Source of the DNA: a virus
Lineage: Duplodnaviria > Caudoviricetes
DNA length: 59,076 nt
Direction: 5' to 3' (one strand)
IMG/VR virus record: IMGVR_UViG_3300043353_000061
Coordinates: 1-59,076 of that record
Positions 9,253 to 17,841 of the stretch are shown here, piece after piece. The first letter of the stretch is position 1. Every line of letters starts with the position of its first letter. A program made the position numbers and the translations under genes. The notes beneath the pieces are model-generated. The model ran no database searches and had not been told where the DNA came from. It saw only the letters and a list, made by a program, of their open reading frames with translations.

Positions 9253-9420
9253 TGCCCGGTGGGGGAGTCGAACCGCCCATCCTCCGCTCAGTTGCGGTCG
9301 CTCTCTTCGAGGGGGAGCGGGTGCAGGTGTTGCCCGGTCGTCGCTGTTGGGTCGCGCGCCACTTACCAGCGACTTCCGCACCTGCCGCCTTGTCCTCTTT
9401 CTCCGTTGAGCTAACCGGGC
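9253..9420 (-). ncRNA. tRNA-like RNA with ~90-nt structured insertion
   Basis: Acceptor GCCCGGT/ACCGGGC+A, TAGCTCAA D-arm start, GGCGG-TTCGACT-CCCCC T-arm; intergenic. Confidence 0.7.
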
Positions 9421-9425
9421 GTGTC

Positions 9426-9746
9426 TCACTCGTCGTCGTAGCCTGTCGCCTTTTGCAGTTGCTTCACGGTCCACTTGTCAACGCACGCCTTGAAGATCGA
9501 CACCGCCTGCGTTCTCGCCTTGTGGCGTGCTTCCGTCGTCAACTCTTCGAGCAGATGCACCTTCTCTTGCATCCTGGCCCACTCTTCGACCACCTTCGCC
9601 AGTGGCGTCTTTCCCGCCCCCGGAAGACTCTTGAGTCTGCCCAACAGTTCGGCCGTGTACTTGTCGTCTAGCTCGATGGTTCCCAAGAACTCCAGCAGAC
9701 CCTTCGGTAAATCTCTCAGTCGCGTCTTCGATTTTGCCTTCGCCAT
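9426..9746 (-). CDS. Hypothetical protein
   Basis: Helical basic ORF, coupled to upstream gene. Confidence 0.6.
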   Translation of the reverse strand: MAKAKSKTRLRDLPKGLLEFLGTIELDDKYTAELLGRLKSLPGAGKTPLAKVVEEWARMQEKVHLLEELTTEARHKARTQAVSIFKACVDKWTVKQLQKATGYDDE

Positions 9747-9964
9747 TACTTGCCCTCGAAATACTTTGTGACCTCCCGGCGGACGTACCGGATTCCGCAC
9801 CCGCTGAACCCGACCGCCATGAGCGTGCGGCGCGAACCGTCTTCGACATTCTGAAGGGCCAGCCAGTACACCCCGCCGTTCTCGTACACGAACACCATCC
9901 CGTTCTCGGACACCTTGCGAGCGTGAGCGGTGGCCTTCTCGATGATGGTTTCGGTCGCGGTCAT
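9746..9964 (-). CDS. Hypothetical protein
   Basis: First gene after promoter at 9990-10018. Confidence 0.55.
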   Translation of the reverse strand: MTATETIIEKATAHARKVSENGMVFVYENGGVYWLALQNVEDGSRRTLMAVGFSGCGIRYVRREVTKYFEGK

Positions 9965-9989
9965 CGGTCGGCCCTCGGGTGATGCCACT

Positions 9990-10018
9990 ACTATACCCCC
10001 GATAGTTGCACCGTGCAA
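9990..10018 (-). promoter_or_regulatory. Sigma-70 promoter TTGCAC-N17-TATAGT with TTGCA-N3-TGCAA operator
   Basis: 17-nt spacing; palindrome at 10006-10018. Confidence 0.7.
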
Positions 10019-10064
10019 AGTGTACGGCTGTACAAAGTCCGGCGAATTACCGACTTCGCTTTCA

Positions 10065-10262
10065 TCATCCCTTCGGGAGCTTTTCGCGGATGAGCGCGGC
10101 CGCTCTTACGTCGATGGGCACGAGGTCGCGCAGCCACCGGGAGGTGGTGCTGGGACTCATGCCGATCAGCTTGGCGAGCGCGTACCCGCTCTTCACCCCG
10201 TTGGCCGACATGCGGCGTTTCAGGGTGGCTGAGGTCATGCCGACTTTCGGTGAAGGACTCAT
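10065..10262 (-). CDS. Small Cro/XRE-like HTH regulator (leaderless), paralog of 6992-7195
   Basis: YALAKLIGMSPSTTSRW; TACGAT 7 nt before the ATG. Confidence 0.8.
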   Translation of the reverse strand: MSPSPKVGMTSATLKRRMSANGVKSGYALAKLIGMSPSTTSRWLRDLVPIDVRAAALIREKLPKG

Positions 10263-10353
10263 AGCAATCATCGTATCCGCCTTTTGCACGCTGCAATTAG
10301 CCACCAGTCAGACTCCGGCCCCCGTGCGGTGTTCACGCGGCCCCCGCCGAATC

Positions 10354-10701
10354 CTACCCGGCTGTGGGCGTCGGGTCAGTCGCGTACAGCTTCGCCGTGA
10401 GCAGCGTGACGAGCTGCCGCAGGTGGGCCGGCGAGTGTTCGGCCAACTTGTCGGCCAGGGCGTCCACCACTTCCACGATCTTGGACGGTTGCGCCGTCAG
10501 ACTGACCAAGTAGTCGCTCGCGTGGCCGGCACACACGCCCATCTGGTGCACGACGCTCACGCTCACATCGCCCGTGTCCGGGTGGTAGTTCGCACTCACC
10601 TTGCCCTCGTTGGGGCGGCGGGCGTAGACGTGGCCCGGCTCCCAGGGTTCGGGGAGGGGGAGGGCGGCGCACGCTTCTCTCAGGTTTATCACAGTGCTCA
10701 T
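10354..10701 (-). CDS. Hypothetical protein
   Basis: ORF with RBS, GC3-biased. Confidence 0.55.
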   Translation of the reverse strand: MSTVINLREACAALPLPEPWEPGHVYARRPNEGKVSANYHPDTGDVSVSVVHQMGVCAGHASDYLVSLTAQPSKIVEVVDALADKLAEHSPAHLRQLVTLLTAKLYATDPTPTAG

Positions 10702-10847
10702 TGGTCATCTCCTCGGTTTGGGTTTCCGTCCGGTCAGGCACTCCCGCGCCAACAACAGCAGGGCGAAGAGAATGAAGACATAGAAACCGACCAATACGTC
10801 GGCGGCCGGGTCGTTGGTGGACCACAGGCGGATAGTTGTTGCGATCA

Positions 10848-11240
10848 TCAGGCCGGCTCCGTGAGCTGGATGCCGAGGGCGCGGCAGATGTCCCGCACCT
10901 GAGCGCGGCTTACAATGTCGTGAGGCCAATGGATGTAGTCCTCCGCCTCACCGATGAACCCGCTGCTGCCGTACTTTTCATCCACGTCGATGGTGAACGC
11001 CGGGTTCAAGTCGTTGTGAAGGACCGTCCAGAACGTCGGCTCGTCGGCGTCTTCGTTCAGGAACCCAACCGCCTTCAGCCACTCCGCCGTCACCGGCTCA
11101 TTCGAGTCTGATGGCGGGAGCAGTTCGAGCAGGCGGCGGGCGGACGCCAGGTGGTGACGGTCCACATCAGACATCCGCTCCCTGCCGTCGAGGAAGGCGA
11201 TCATGATTTTTGCATGATGCCGCAGTTCGTCGTCGCTCAT
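10848..11240 (-). CDS. Hypothetical protein
   Basis: PVTAEWLKAVGF...RDICRALGI, phage-type. Confidence 0.6.
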   Translation of the reverse strand: MSDDELRHHAKIMIAFLDGRERMSDVDRHHLASARRLLELLPPSDSNEPVTAEWLKAVGFLNEDADEPTFWTVLHNDLNPAFTIDVDEKYGSSGFIGEAEDYIHWPHDIVSRAQVRDICRALGIQLTEPA

Positions 11241-11647
11241 CACCGTGACCTCCCCGGATGACTCAGGCTGTTCGTCCTGCCGAACACCCCCACCACCGGC
11301 GGCGGCACCCAGGCCAGGCAGCGGGCGATGACGGCCTCTACTTGGTCCATCAGGTCGCACGCCTGCCGGTAACTCACCGGCCCGCGACCCCGCACGATCA
11401 CTGAGGGAGTGGGCCACTTTCCCGACACCGACTCGTCCGATGCGATCAGGCGGAGGGACACCACCGTCCGCAGGGGTGGGGCGTCCTTGTCCGCGTAGGC
11501 CACCGCCGCGTGCAGTTGCACCAGCCACCCCCGCAGATCCTCGACGCTCACCAGCTCGACCCCGACCCGCGTGCCGCACTCGATCAGCCCGGAGCTGCGG
11601 CATCTGGCGAACAGGTCGTTCTCGGCGGCGGGTTTCGTGCGGGTCAT
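11240..11647 (-). CDS. Hypothetical protein
   Basis: Coupled to the sigma gene. Confidence 0.55.
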   Translation of the reverse strand: MTRTKPAAENDLFARCRSSGLIECGTRVGVELVSVEDLRGWLVQLHAAVAYADKDAPPLRTVVSLRLIASDESVSGKWPTPSVIVRGRGPVSYRQACDLMDQVEAVIARCLAWVPPPVVGVFGRTNSLSHPGRSR

Positions 11648-12501
11648 GAGGGCTGCTCCGTGGCGGGTTCGCACGTTCGCCTCCCCTTGCACGGCGGGAT
11701 GAACTTCCGCTTCCGCCAGTTCCACAACGTTTGCACCGACGCCTCACGCGGCCGGCGGCAGTGCGGGCAGGCCACCAGCACGGAACCCGCTTTCTCTGTC
11801 GGCTTCGCCTTGCGGTAGCCGTCGGCCGACAGCCCCAGGGCCGCCAGGCACCGCGTCACGCCCGCCGTCGGCTCGTCCTCGTACCTCGCCGGGGCCGGCG
11901 GCGTGGTCGTCACACCGGCCCGATCGAGGACCGCCCTGTGCATCTGGCTCACCCGGCTCTCGCTCACCCCCAGCCGGACGGCGATCTCCCGCATCCCAAC
12001 CTCGTCCACGTAGTACCACGCCATCAGCCGGCGCTCGGCGGCGGCGAGCGCCCCGAACAGCCTCTTGCACACCGACAGGAACTCGGCCTCCACGCCGTCG
12101 GTCGGCTCCGGATCGCGGTGGACCGGGTCGATGCGGTAGGCGTCCGCGGCGTTCCGCGTGTGGGTGACGTCCGCCCCCCGGCGGCAAAGGAACTGCCGCC
12201 GGTTCAGGGTGGTGAACGTCTCCATCTTCGCCAGCGGCAACCCACGCTGCACGTCCAGCCGCGGCGCGAAACTGGCCACCCGCATCGCGTCGAGCACGGC
12301 CCCCCGGATGCGGGGGGTGAAGTAGGTGCATGGCTTGCCGATCGCCGGGTCGTAGTTCGCCGCCGCCCTCAGCACCGCCGCCCGCGCCTCTTGTGCCAGG
12401 TCGTCCGCGTCCAGCGGGCTTTGCGGGTGCCGCCGTGCCGTCAACTCCGCGTGCCGTCTGATGAACCGCTCGCACGCCGTTACTGCTTCCTCGCCAGTCA
12501 T
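11644..12501 (-). CDS. FliA/WhiG-like sigma factor with C-terminal Cys-rich extension
   Basis: DDLAQEA..YDP..TYFTPRIRGAVLDAMR; region 4 MREIAVRLGVSESRVSQMH; CPHC tail. Confidence 0.85.
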   Translation of the reverse strand: MTGEEAVTACERFIRRHAELTARRHPQSPLDADDLAQEARAAVLRAAANYDPAIGKPCTYFTPRIRGAVLDAMRVASFAPRLDVQRGLPLAKMETFTTLNRRQFLCRRGADVTHTRNAADAYRIDPVHRDPEPTDGVEAEFLSVCKRLFGALAAAERRLMAWYYVDEVGMREIAVRLGVSESRVSQMHRAVLDRAGVTTTPPAPARYEDEPTAGVTRCLAALGLSADGYRKAKPTEKAGSVLVACPHCRRPREASVQTLWNWRKRKFIPPCKGRRTCEPATEQPS

Positions 12502-12752
12502 GAACACCCCTCCTCTGGTTTCACTTCCTTCGCCCACGCGAGCGGCAGCCCGTGCCGCCGCGCCCACTCGATCAGGTGCCTCCGCAGAATCCGCCGGTCC
12601 CGCCCCCTGGACGGCAGGCGGTGGCATTTCAGGTCGCCCGTGTCGCAACACCGCACGATGGTCGCCTGGGAGAACTCGAACAACTCGGCCACCATCGTGG
12701 GACTGAACACCGGGCGGTCGGCTAACGGCAGTTTGCTACGTCCGCACGCCAT
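12498..12752 (-). CDS. Excisionase/MerR-like HTH protein
   Basis: VFSPTMVAELFEFSQATIVRCCDTGDLKCHRLP..RRI. Confidence 0.75.
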   Translation of the reverse strand: MACGRSKLPLADRPVFSPTMVAELFEFSQATIVRCCDTGDLKCHRLPSRGRDRRILRRHLIEWARRHGLPLAWAKEVKPEEGCS

Positions 12753-12770
12753 CGGTCCGCCCTCTGGGGT

Positions 12771-13004
12771 TCACGCCACAAGTGGTAACTTCGCACTCGC
12801 CCGCTCCGCGTACCGCTCCACCCGCGAATCCACCTCCGCCGCCTGCTCGTCCGTCAACTTCGCGTTACACCCCTGCTGGTGCAGGAAGTAGATGTGCGAG
12901 AGTGCGGCTTTGCAGTCGTCACACTTGCCGGGCTTCTCGCACCAGACGAGGGCGCGGCAGAGGAGGCACGGGCGGAACTTCGTGTCGATGAGTTTGGTTT
13001 TCAT
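12771..13004 (-). CDS. Small Cys-rich protein
   Basis: CLLC, CDDC. Confidence 0.5.
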   Translation of the reverse strand: MKTKLIDTKFRPCLLCRALVWCEKPGKCDDCKAALSHIYFLHQQGCNAKLTDEQAAEVDSRVERYAERASAKLPLVA

Positions 13005-13570
13005 TGGCCAGCCTCCACAGTCGTAGCGGCATGGCGGTCCACCAATTCGAGTCCGGTGGGGGTCGGGTAGTACAGACCATCGTGGGCGAAGATCAGCCCC
13101 CGCTTGTACAGCGAGCGGGAGGACCGCAGCGAGGAGGGCGGGGCGTACAGGTGGCTCGACAGGAACCGCAGGTCGGCCAACTCGTCGGCGGTGAGCGGGG
13201 TGCCGTCGATGGGTGCGGGCGTGAGGGGTCCGGAGCAGGACCGCCGGGGCATCTTGGCCTCAGATTCCGGAGCCTCCGGCCCCTTCACGAACTTGTCCAC
13301 GGCGCGGATGAGCCGGTCGGCGGCCTGAACCGCGTCCACAATGTCCCGATCCGTGATCGGGGTCGTCCCGTAGGCGAAATGTCCCTGGAACAGCTTTGCC
13401 GCGATCTGTAACACCTCGTCGCGGTACTCCTGCCGCTTCCACTGCTCGGTCTGGTCGAGCCGCTCGGTGGGCAGCGCGTCCGGCGTGTCCAGGTCCACCG
13501 TCGAGCCGGGTGGGGTCGAATGTGTCGGGCAGGTCGGCATGTTCAGTGGTCTGTCGATCAGGTCGGGCAT
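13001..13570 (-). CDS. Hypothetical protein
   Basis: Operon packing; C-terminal wHTH-like LYKRGLI..YYPTPTG. Confidence 0.55.
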   Translation of the reverse strand: MPDLIDRPLNMPTCPTHSTPPGSTVDLDTPDALPTERLDQTEQWKRQEYRDEVLQIAAKLFQGHFAYGTTPITDRDIVDAVQAADRLIRAVDKFVKGPEAPESEAKMPRRSCSGPLTPAPIDGTPLTADELADLRFLSSHLYAPPSSLRSSRSLYKRGLIFAHDGLYYPTPTGLELVDRHAATTVEAGQ

Positions 13571-13583
13571 GGGTCTCACTCCG

Positions 13584-13817
13584 TTACTTGTTTCCGAGGA
13601 TGATTTGAGTCGTCCCGCGTTCCCGTCCGGCCTTCGTGTACGCCACACCGCCATCGTCGTCGGACAGGTACACCCACTCCGCCACGACGGTGCTGATGTG
13701 GCACACCGCCCAGCACCCGTTGCCGTCGTCCAGCTCTTCCTTGTTCACCACCACCTTCAAGTTGCCGTGCTTCTCCTTCAGCTTTTCCAACTGGCGAATG
13801 AGCTGGGTGACTGTCAT
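13584..13817 (-). CDS. Hypothetical protein
   Basis: MTVTQLIRQLEKL..GNLKV phage-type start. Confidence 0.6.
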   Translation of the reverse strand: MTVTQLIRQLEKLKEKHGNLKVVVNKEELDDGNGCWAVCHISTVVAEWVYLSDDDGGVAYTKAGRERGTTQIILGNK

Positions 13818-13895
13818 GGCGCGTGCGGCTCCTTCCGGGCACACTGTGGGCGTGCCCGCGTCGGTCGGGTGGGGTGATTGGTGGTTGTGTTGCTA

Positions 13896-14162
13896 CTACT
13901 TGGCGGGCGTCTTCTTCCGCAACTTCGCCACCGCCTTCCGCCCGCCGTAGGCGTAAGCCTCTACTTCCGCATACGGCAGATACCGCTTGTTCCCGTGCCC
14001 CGGCCCGTCGGGCACCAGAACGGTGAATACCTTCTTCGTCATCAACAGCCGCACCGTCTGATACTCCAGGCCGAGCAGCACCGCCGCCGTAGCCGGCCGC
14101 ACCCGCAACGGCTTCACCTCCGTCGCTCCCTCGACCACCTTCGTTGTTCCATTCGTTCTCAT
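13896..14162 (-). CDS. Excisionase-like HTH protein
   Basis: VRPATAAVLLGLEYQTVRLL; divergent from the RHH gene. Confidence 0.65.
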   Translation of the reverse strand: MRTNGTTKVVEGATEVKPLRVRPATAAVLLGLEYQTVRLLMTKKVFTVLVPDGPGHGNKRYLPYAEVEAYAYGGRKAVAKLRKKTPAK

Positions 14163-14298
14163 CGGGTCGTTTCATTCCGGGAAGTTGTTGGCACCGACAC
14201 ACACCACGGTACACGCCAACAACTTCCGCGTCAACTCATTTCAACACGAATGGACGGAATCCCGCGAACCTGCTATTTTCAACAGTTGTCCCGCACGC

Positions 14299-14547
14299 AT
14301 GGGCACCATCATGACTGCACCGCGAAAGCCGAAGGCCGAAGCACCCCCGCCGAAGACGCCGCGGAAGACGATGCCCGTGCAGGTGGCCACGGACATCGCT
14401 TACATGTGCGGGGTGATCGCGGCCCACGACGAGGTGACGGTGGGCACGCTGCTCAACGACTACCTGCGTCCTTACGTCGAGACGAACTATAGGCGGGTTC
14501 TGGCGGAGATTTCCGAGCGCGTGAAGAAGCTTGACGAGGCCGGTTGA
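14299..14547 (+). CDS. Ribbon-helix-helix regulator
   Basis: TMPVQV strand followed by two helices. Confidence 0.65.
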   Translation: MGTIMTAPRKPKAEAPPPKTPRKTMPVQVATDIAYMCGVIAAHDEVTVGTLLNDYLRPYVETNYRRVLAEISERVKKLDEAG

Positions 14548-14994
14548 CGACCAGTTCGACCTCTCCCTTCGGCGACACCACCAGAGCCAACACGCACACC
14601 CAGCCGGGCTGAGACAGGTCCGCGTATTCTCTCAACAGCTTCGCAAGCTGCTTCTTCTTGGTCATCATGGCTCGTCCTTGGAGAGGCGGCGGGGCGCGAA
14701 CGGATACGAAAGCTCCGTCCGTGTCGAGCCGGGGGTGCATGAAAAACGTGTCGCGGTGGTAGGCCGAACAGTGTTTTTGGACTTTCCTGACAGACTTGTC
14801 TAGGGAAAACCCGATCCGAATTCGGCTTCTCCCGACACCAAATCCGACATCGAAGATTCACCGAATTCTCACGGCTCGCAGGCTAAGGGAGCCGGGCGGT
14901 TGGTGCCGCCCGGACACCGCATACCCGTCTTCTCACGGTCAGGCCGGCGGCTTGCAGGTGCCGGCGTATCCACTCCCTGATGTCCACGGCGTTC

Positions 14995-15228
14995 CTAGCC
15001 TCCTGTGGCCTTGGCGATTTTGGGCGGACTCATCACCCGCCGGGTCGCGTCGGACGCCAGCGATTGCAGGCGGACCAGTTCATTCCGTAACTCGACCGGG
15101 TTGGACGCCCGGTGCTCGTCCCGCAGCAGCTCGTTGATCCGCTGCCAGACGTCGCCGGTGAAAGCGAGTAAGGCGTTCGTGTCGCTGACGGCTTTGGCGT
15201 GCCACTGGAGCAGTTCGGCGTCAAGCAT
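14995..15228 (-). CDS. Hypothetical protein
   Basis: Helical ORF. Confidence 0.5.
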   Translation of the reverse strand: MLDAELLQWHAKAVSDTNALLAFTGDVWQRINELLRDEHRASNPVELRNELVRLQSLASDATRRVMSPPKIAKATGG

Positions 15229-15230
15229 GG

Positions 15231-15662
15231 CTAAGCTCCGAGAGGTTCCCGCATGATCCGTCGGCCGAGCGAATCGGCCGTTTCGTCATCCGCCAGCCGG
15301 TCCGGGCCGTTGTCGTACCAATCGCTCTGCTCTTCGGCGTTGGCGTGCAGGTCCGTCACCGTCTCGCGGTCGTCCACTTCGGGCAGGTCCAGTTCACCGC
15401 GGGCAATCAGCGTGATGGTGGCCAACAGATGCCGGCAAGGAACCCGAGCCGGGCAGTCACACGAGGTCGGGCCGCTCGGCCCGCAGTCCACCCGGTAGCG
15501 GCGTTCGCTGCTGTCGGTGTGCGACCACCAAAAAGCGCCATCGCTGCTGCTCACGGTGTACTCGTCGTGCCGATTGCCCTCGCTGACCGCGACCACCAGC
15601 AGGTGCCGGGTGAGCGACGAGAGAACCTTGAGCGTGCGGCGGGTTTTGGTCATCGTCGTCAT
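15231..15662 (-). CDS. SWIM zinc-finger protein
   Basis: YRV...SCDCPARVPCRH. Confidence 0.7.
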   Translation of the reverse strand: MTTMTKTRRTLKVLSSLTRHLLVVAVSEGNRHDEYTVSSSDGAFWWSHTDSSERRYRVDCGPSGPTSCDCPARVPCRHLLATITLIARGELDLPEVDDRETVTDLHANAEEQSDWYDNGPDRLADDETADSLGRRIMREPLGA

Positions 15663-15700
15663 CGCATCTCCCCCGTGCGTGTGTGTTGGGTCACTTCGCC

Positions 15701-15922
15701 TCACTCCGCCTTGTACTGCGGGGCCTTCTTCGCCCACTCCACCACCGCCTTCAGCTTGGCGATGGACTGCTCCGCGTCCCGGATCAGGTTCGCCACCGCG
15801 TCGGGCTGGTACTCGTAGCCGTCCTGATCCACCAGCAGCCCGTCGGGCTTCACCGCCAGCGTGTCGCCGTCCAGATACGACAACAGGTTCGTTAGGTCGT
15901 CGCGGGTCAGATCGGTCGTCAT
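15701..15922 (-). CDS. Hypothetical protein
   Basis: GGAG RBS. Confidence 0.55.
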   Translation of the reverse strand: MTTDLTRDDLTNLLSYLDGDTLAVKPDGLLVDQDGYEYQPDAVANLIRDAEQSIAKLKAVVEWAKKAPQYKAE

Positions 15923-15948
15923 GGCAATCTCCGTTGGCTTGTGTTGGG

Positions 15949-16098
15949 TCACTTCCACCAGCCGAACCAGTTCACCGGGCGTTCTCCCGAAAGTCGGCAT
16001 TCCAGTTGGTACAGCCCGTAGCAGCCCGCACCCACGAAGGTCAGGACGGTCAGGGTGACGAGGAAAGCGAAGGCGGCGATCATTGCAGTTGGCCTCAT
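15949..16098 (-). CDS. Small membrane protein
   Basis: One TM helix. Confidence 0.45.
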   Translation of the reverse strand: MRPTAMIAAFAFLVTLTVLTFVGAGCYGLYQLECRLSGERPVNWFGWWK

Positions 16099-16148
16099 CA
16101 GGCACCGCGTTACGGTGCGACGGGTGGCGGTCCCCGTTTCGGCCTGAG

Positions 16149-16325
16149 TTAGATGGGCGAGAAGTGCCCGTAATCGCGTAGGTGACGGAAGCGAAGGTAG
16201 GACATCAGGTTCCCGAGCTTGATGTCTAACAGGGTGGGGAATCCGCTGTTCGCCTGGATATCCAGCCACCCGCGTTCGGCTTGGATTTCGCGGATGCGGC
16301 GGATCATGGTGAGGGTCGCGTTCAT
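16149..16325 (-). CDS. Hypothetical protein
   Basis: First gene of leftward operon, GGAG RBS. Confidence 0.5.
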   Translation of the reverse strand: MNATLTMIRRIREIQAERGWLDIQANSGFPTLLDIKLGNLMSYLRFRHLRDYGHFSPI

Positions 16326-16500
16326 GGTCGGCTCCGGTCGGGGGTGGTGTTGGCTTGTCTGCACTTACTCTACACAAGCGGTTAACCGCTGTCAACCGCG
16401 TCTGACAAGATTTTCGGACTTCTTGTTTTGTTACCGCGAACCGCCGGACGTGGTATCCTTGTCCTGTCCCAACAGGAGGGCTGCGTGTACGATGATTACC

Positions 16501-16716
16501 ATGAGCAAGAAGAAACAGAACAGCGGTAAGCACTCCGCACCGCGTCGTGCCGTTCAGTTCCCGGCCGCCTGGATCGAGGCCGCCGAACAGGAAGCGTCCA
16601 CCCGGCCCGCGCCGGTCATGTGGTACATCGTCGAACTCATCAAGAAGGACTTGGAAGCGAAAGGGAAGAGAACGCCGCCGACACCTTGGCCGCCAGCCGG
16701 CACCGCTCCGAAGTGA
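16501..16716 (+). CDS. Ribbon-helix-helix-like regulator
   Basis: RRAVQFP strand plus two helices; divergent; GCGGTTAACCGC palindrome at 16378-16389. Confidence 0.6.
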   Translation: MSKKKQNSGKHSAPRRAVQFPAAWIEAAEQEASTRPAPVMWYIVELIKKDLEAKGKRTPPTPWPPAGTAPK

Positions 16717-16749
16717 TCCCTAACCGATACTGTACAAGTGTGAGGTGCG

Positions 16750-16790
16750 ATCCGCTCGCCGTCAACCCGGCCGGGCGGATTTTCTGTTTC
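16750..16790 (+). terminator. Probable intrinsic terminator
   Basis: ATCCGCTCG...CGGGCGGAT stem followed by TTTCTGTTT. Confidence 0.5.
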
Positions 16791-16895
16791 GTGCCTAAGT
16801 GTTTCGTCTTCGGGGAGTTGGGGCGGAACTACCTGTTCGGGCGTACAGATTTTCTTGACTTCGGCTTGCCATCGTTGATGGTTTGGAAGTGAAAA

Positions 16896-17345
16896 GGGCT
16901 GAGAGGTTCTAACCCCCTCAGCCCCGGTGGTTCAGCGGTGACGGCCGCGAAACCACACCCGTGAGATTCTAGTATCCACCACGGGTTGTGCGTTTTCAAG
17001 CCGACACTTCCGAATCCCCCACCGATAGCCCCAGATTGGGCGAGCCTGTGACGCCGAAGGTTCCCTTGCGAGGGTCGGCGTAGCCCTGCCACCAGCTTCG
17101 TCGGTGGCAAACGGTGACCCGGTTGCGGGTTGCCGAACCGTCAGTGCCCGTTGACTCCGAGCCTTAAAACGGGAACAACGCTGAACGGCAGGCAGGGTGA
17201 AAGCCCCGGATGCCTGAACAAAACACCGGGGACGGTCAATGCGTACTACCGGCTCCATACCGGGAACGTCCGACCGCCACCGATTCCGCAAGGGGTCGGT
17301 GTGCACCTACCTCACCTCCCAAGAATGTCCACAGGAGTAGGGCAC
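16896..17345 (+). ncRNA. Candidate large structured noncoding RNA
   Basis: About eleven consecutive stem-loops, no credible ORF; strand tentative. Confidence 0.5.
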
Positions 17346-17418
17346 TCAGGACAGCGTGAGCGACAACCATCACCCACAGCCGACCCCGCCGCCCGGCGGG
17401 ATACCGGAGGGAGTGCCG

Positions 17419-17814
17419 ATGAGCGACATGAGCGAGGAGACGCGGGCACAGTTGCGGACGGCGTTCGTGGCCCTCCTGTCGGCCACGGATGGTGGCATGG
17501 TGGCGGTGCGGGTGGACCGGCAGAGGGACAAGCCAGTCGATGTGGAGATGTGGGGAAGTCCAAGTGCGACCGTTCACCTCACCACCGAGAAACAACTCGC
17601 CCTTTCCGTCCTGCTCGGCGACCAAACGGTGTCGGTCGCCTACGTCCTCGACAAGTGCCAGGACGACGGGTCGTTCGTGCTGCGGTCGGCCGACGAGGTG
17701 CGGGCGGAGGAGCGGGAGCGGATTCTGTCCGCCGTGTGCGAACGGTACGAGCACTTCGCCGGCGACGAACACCCGAGCGCCGTGATTGACCTCGTCTCGG
17801 CCGCGTGCCGCTAG
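17419..17814 (+). CDS. Hypothetical protein
   Basis: GGAG RBS, GC3-biased ORF (alternative start 17356). Confidence 0.6.
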   Translation: MSDMSEETRAQLRTAFVALLSATDGGMVAVRVDRQRDKPVDVEMWGSPSATVHLTTEKQLALSVLLGDQTVSVAYVLDKCQDDGSFVLRSADEVRAEERERILSAVCERYEHFAGDEHPSAVIDLVSAACR

Positions 17815-17841
17815 GCGGCCCCGTCCAGCCGGGCGGCCACG

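Noticed and set aside
9253-9420. Functional decoding tRNA or tmRNA
   Set aside because: No 7-nt anticodon loop, no G3-U70 alanine pair and too short for tmRNA
17189-17216. GGGTGAAAGCCC read as group II intron domain V
   Set aside because: Catalytic triad and bulge are not evident, and there is no reverse transcriptase
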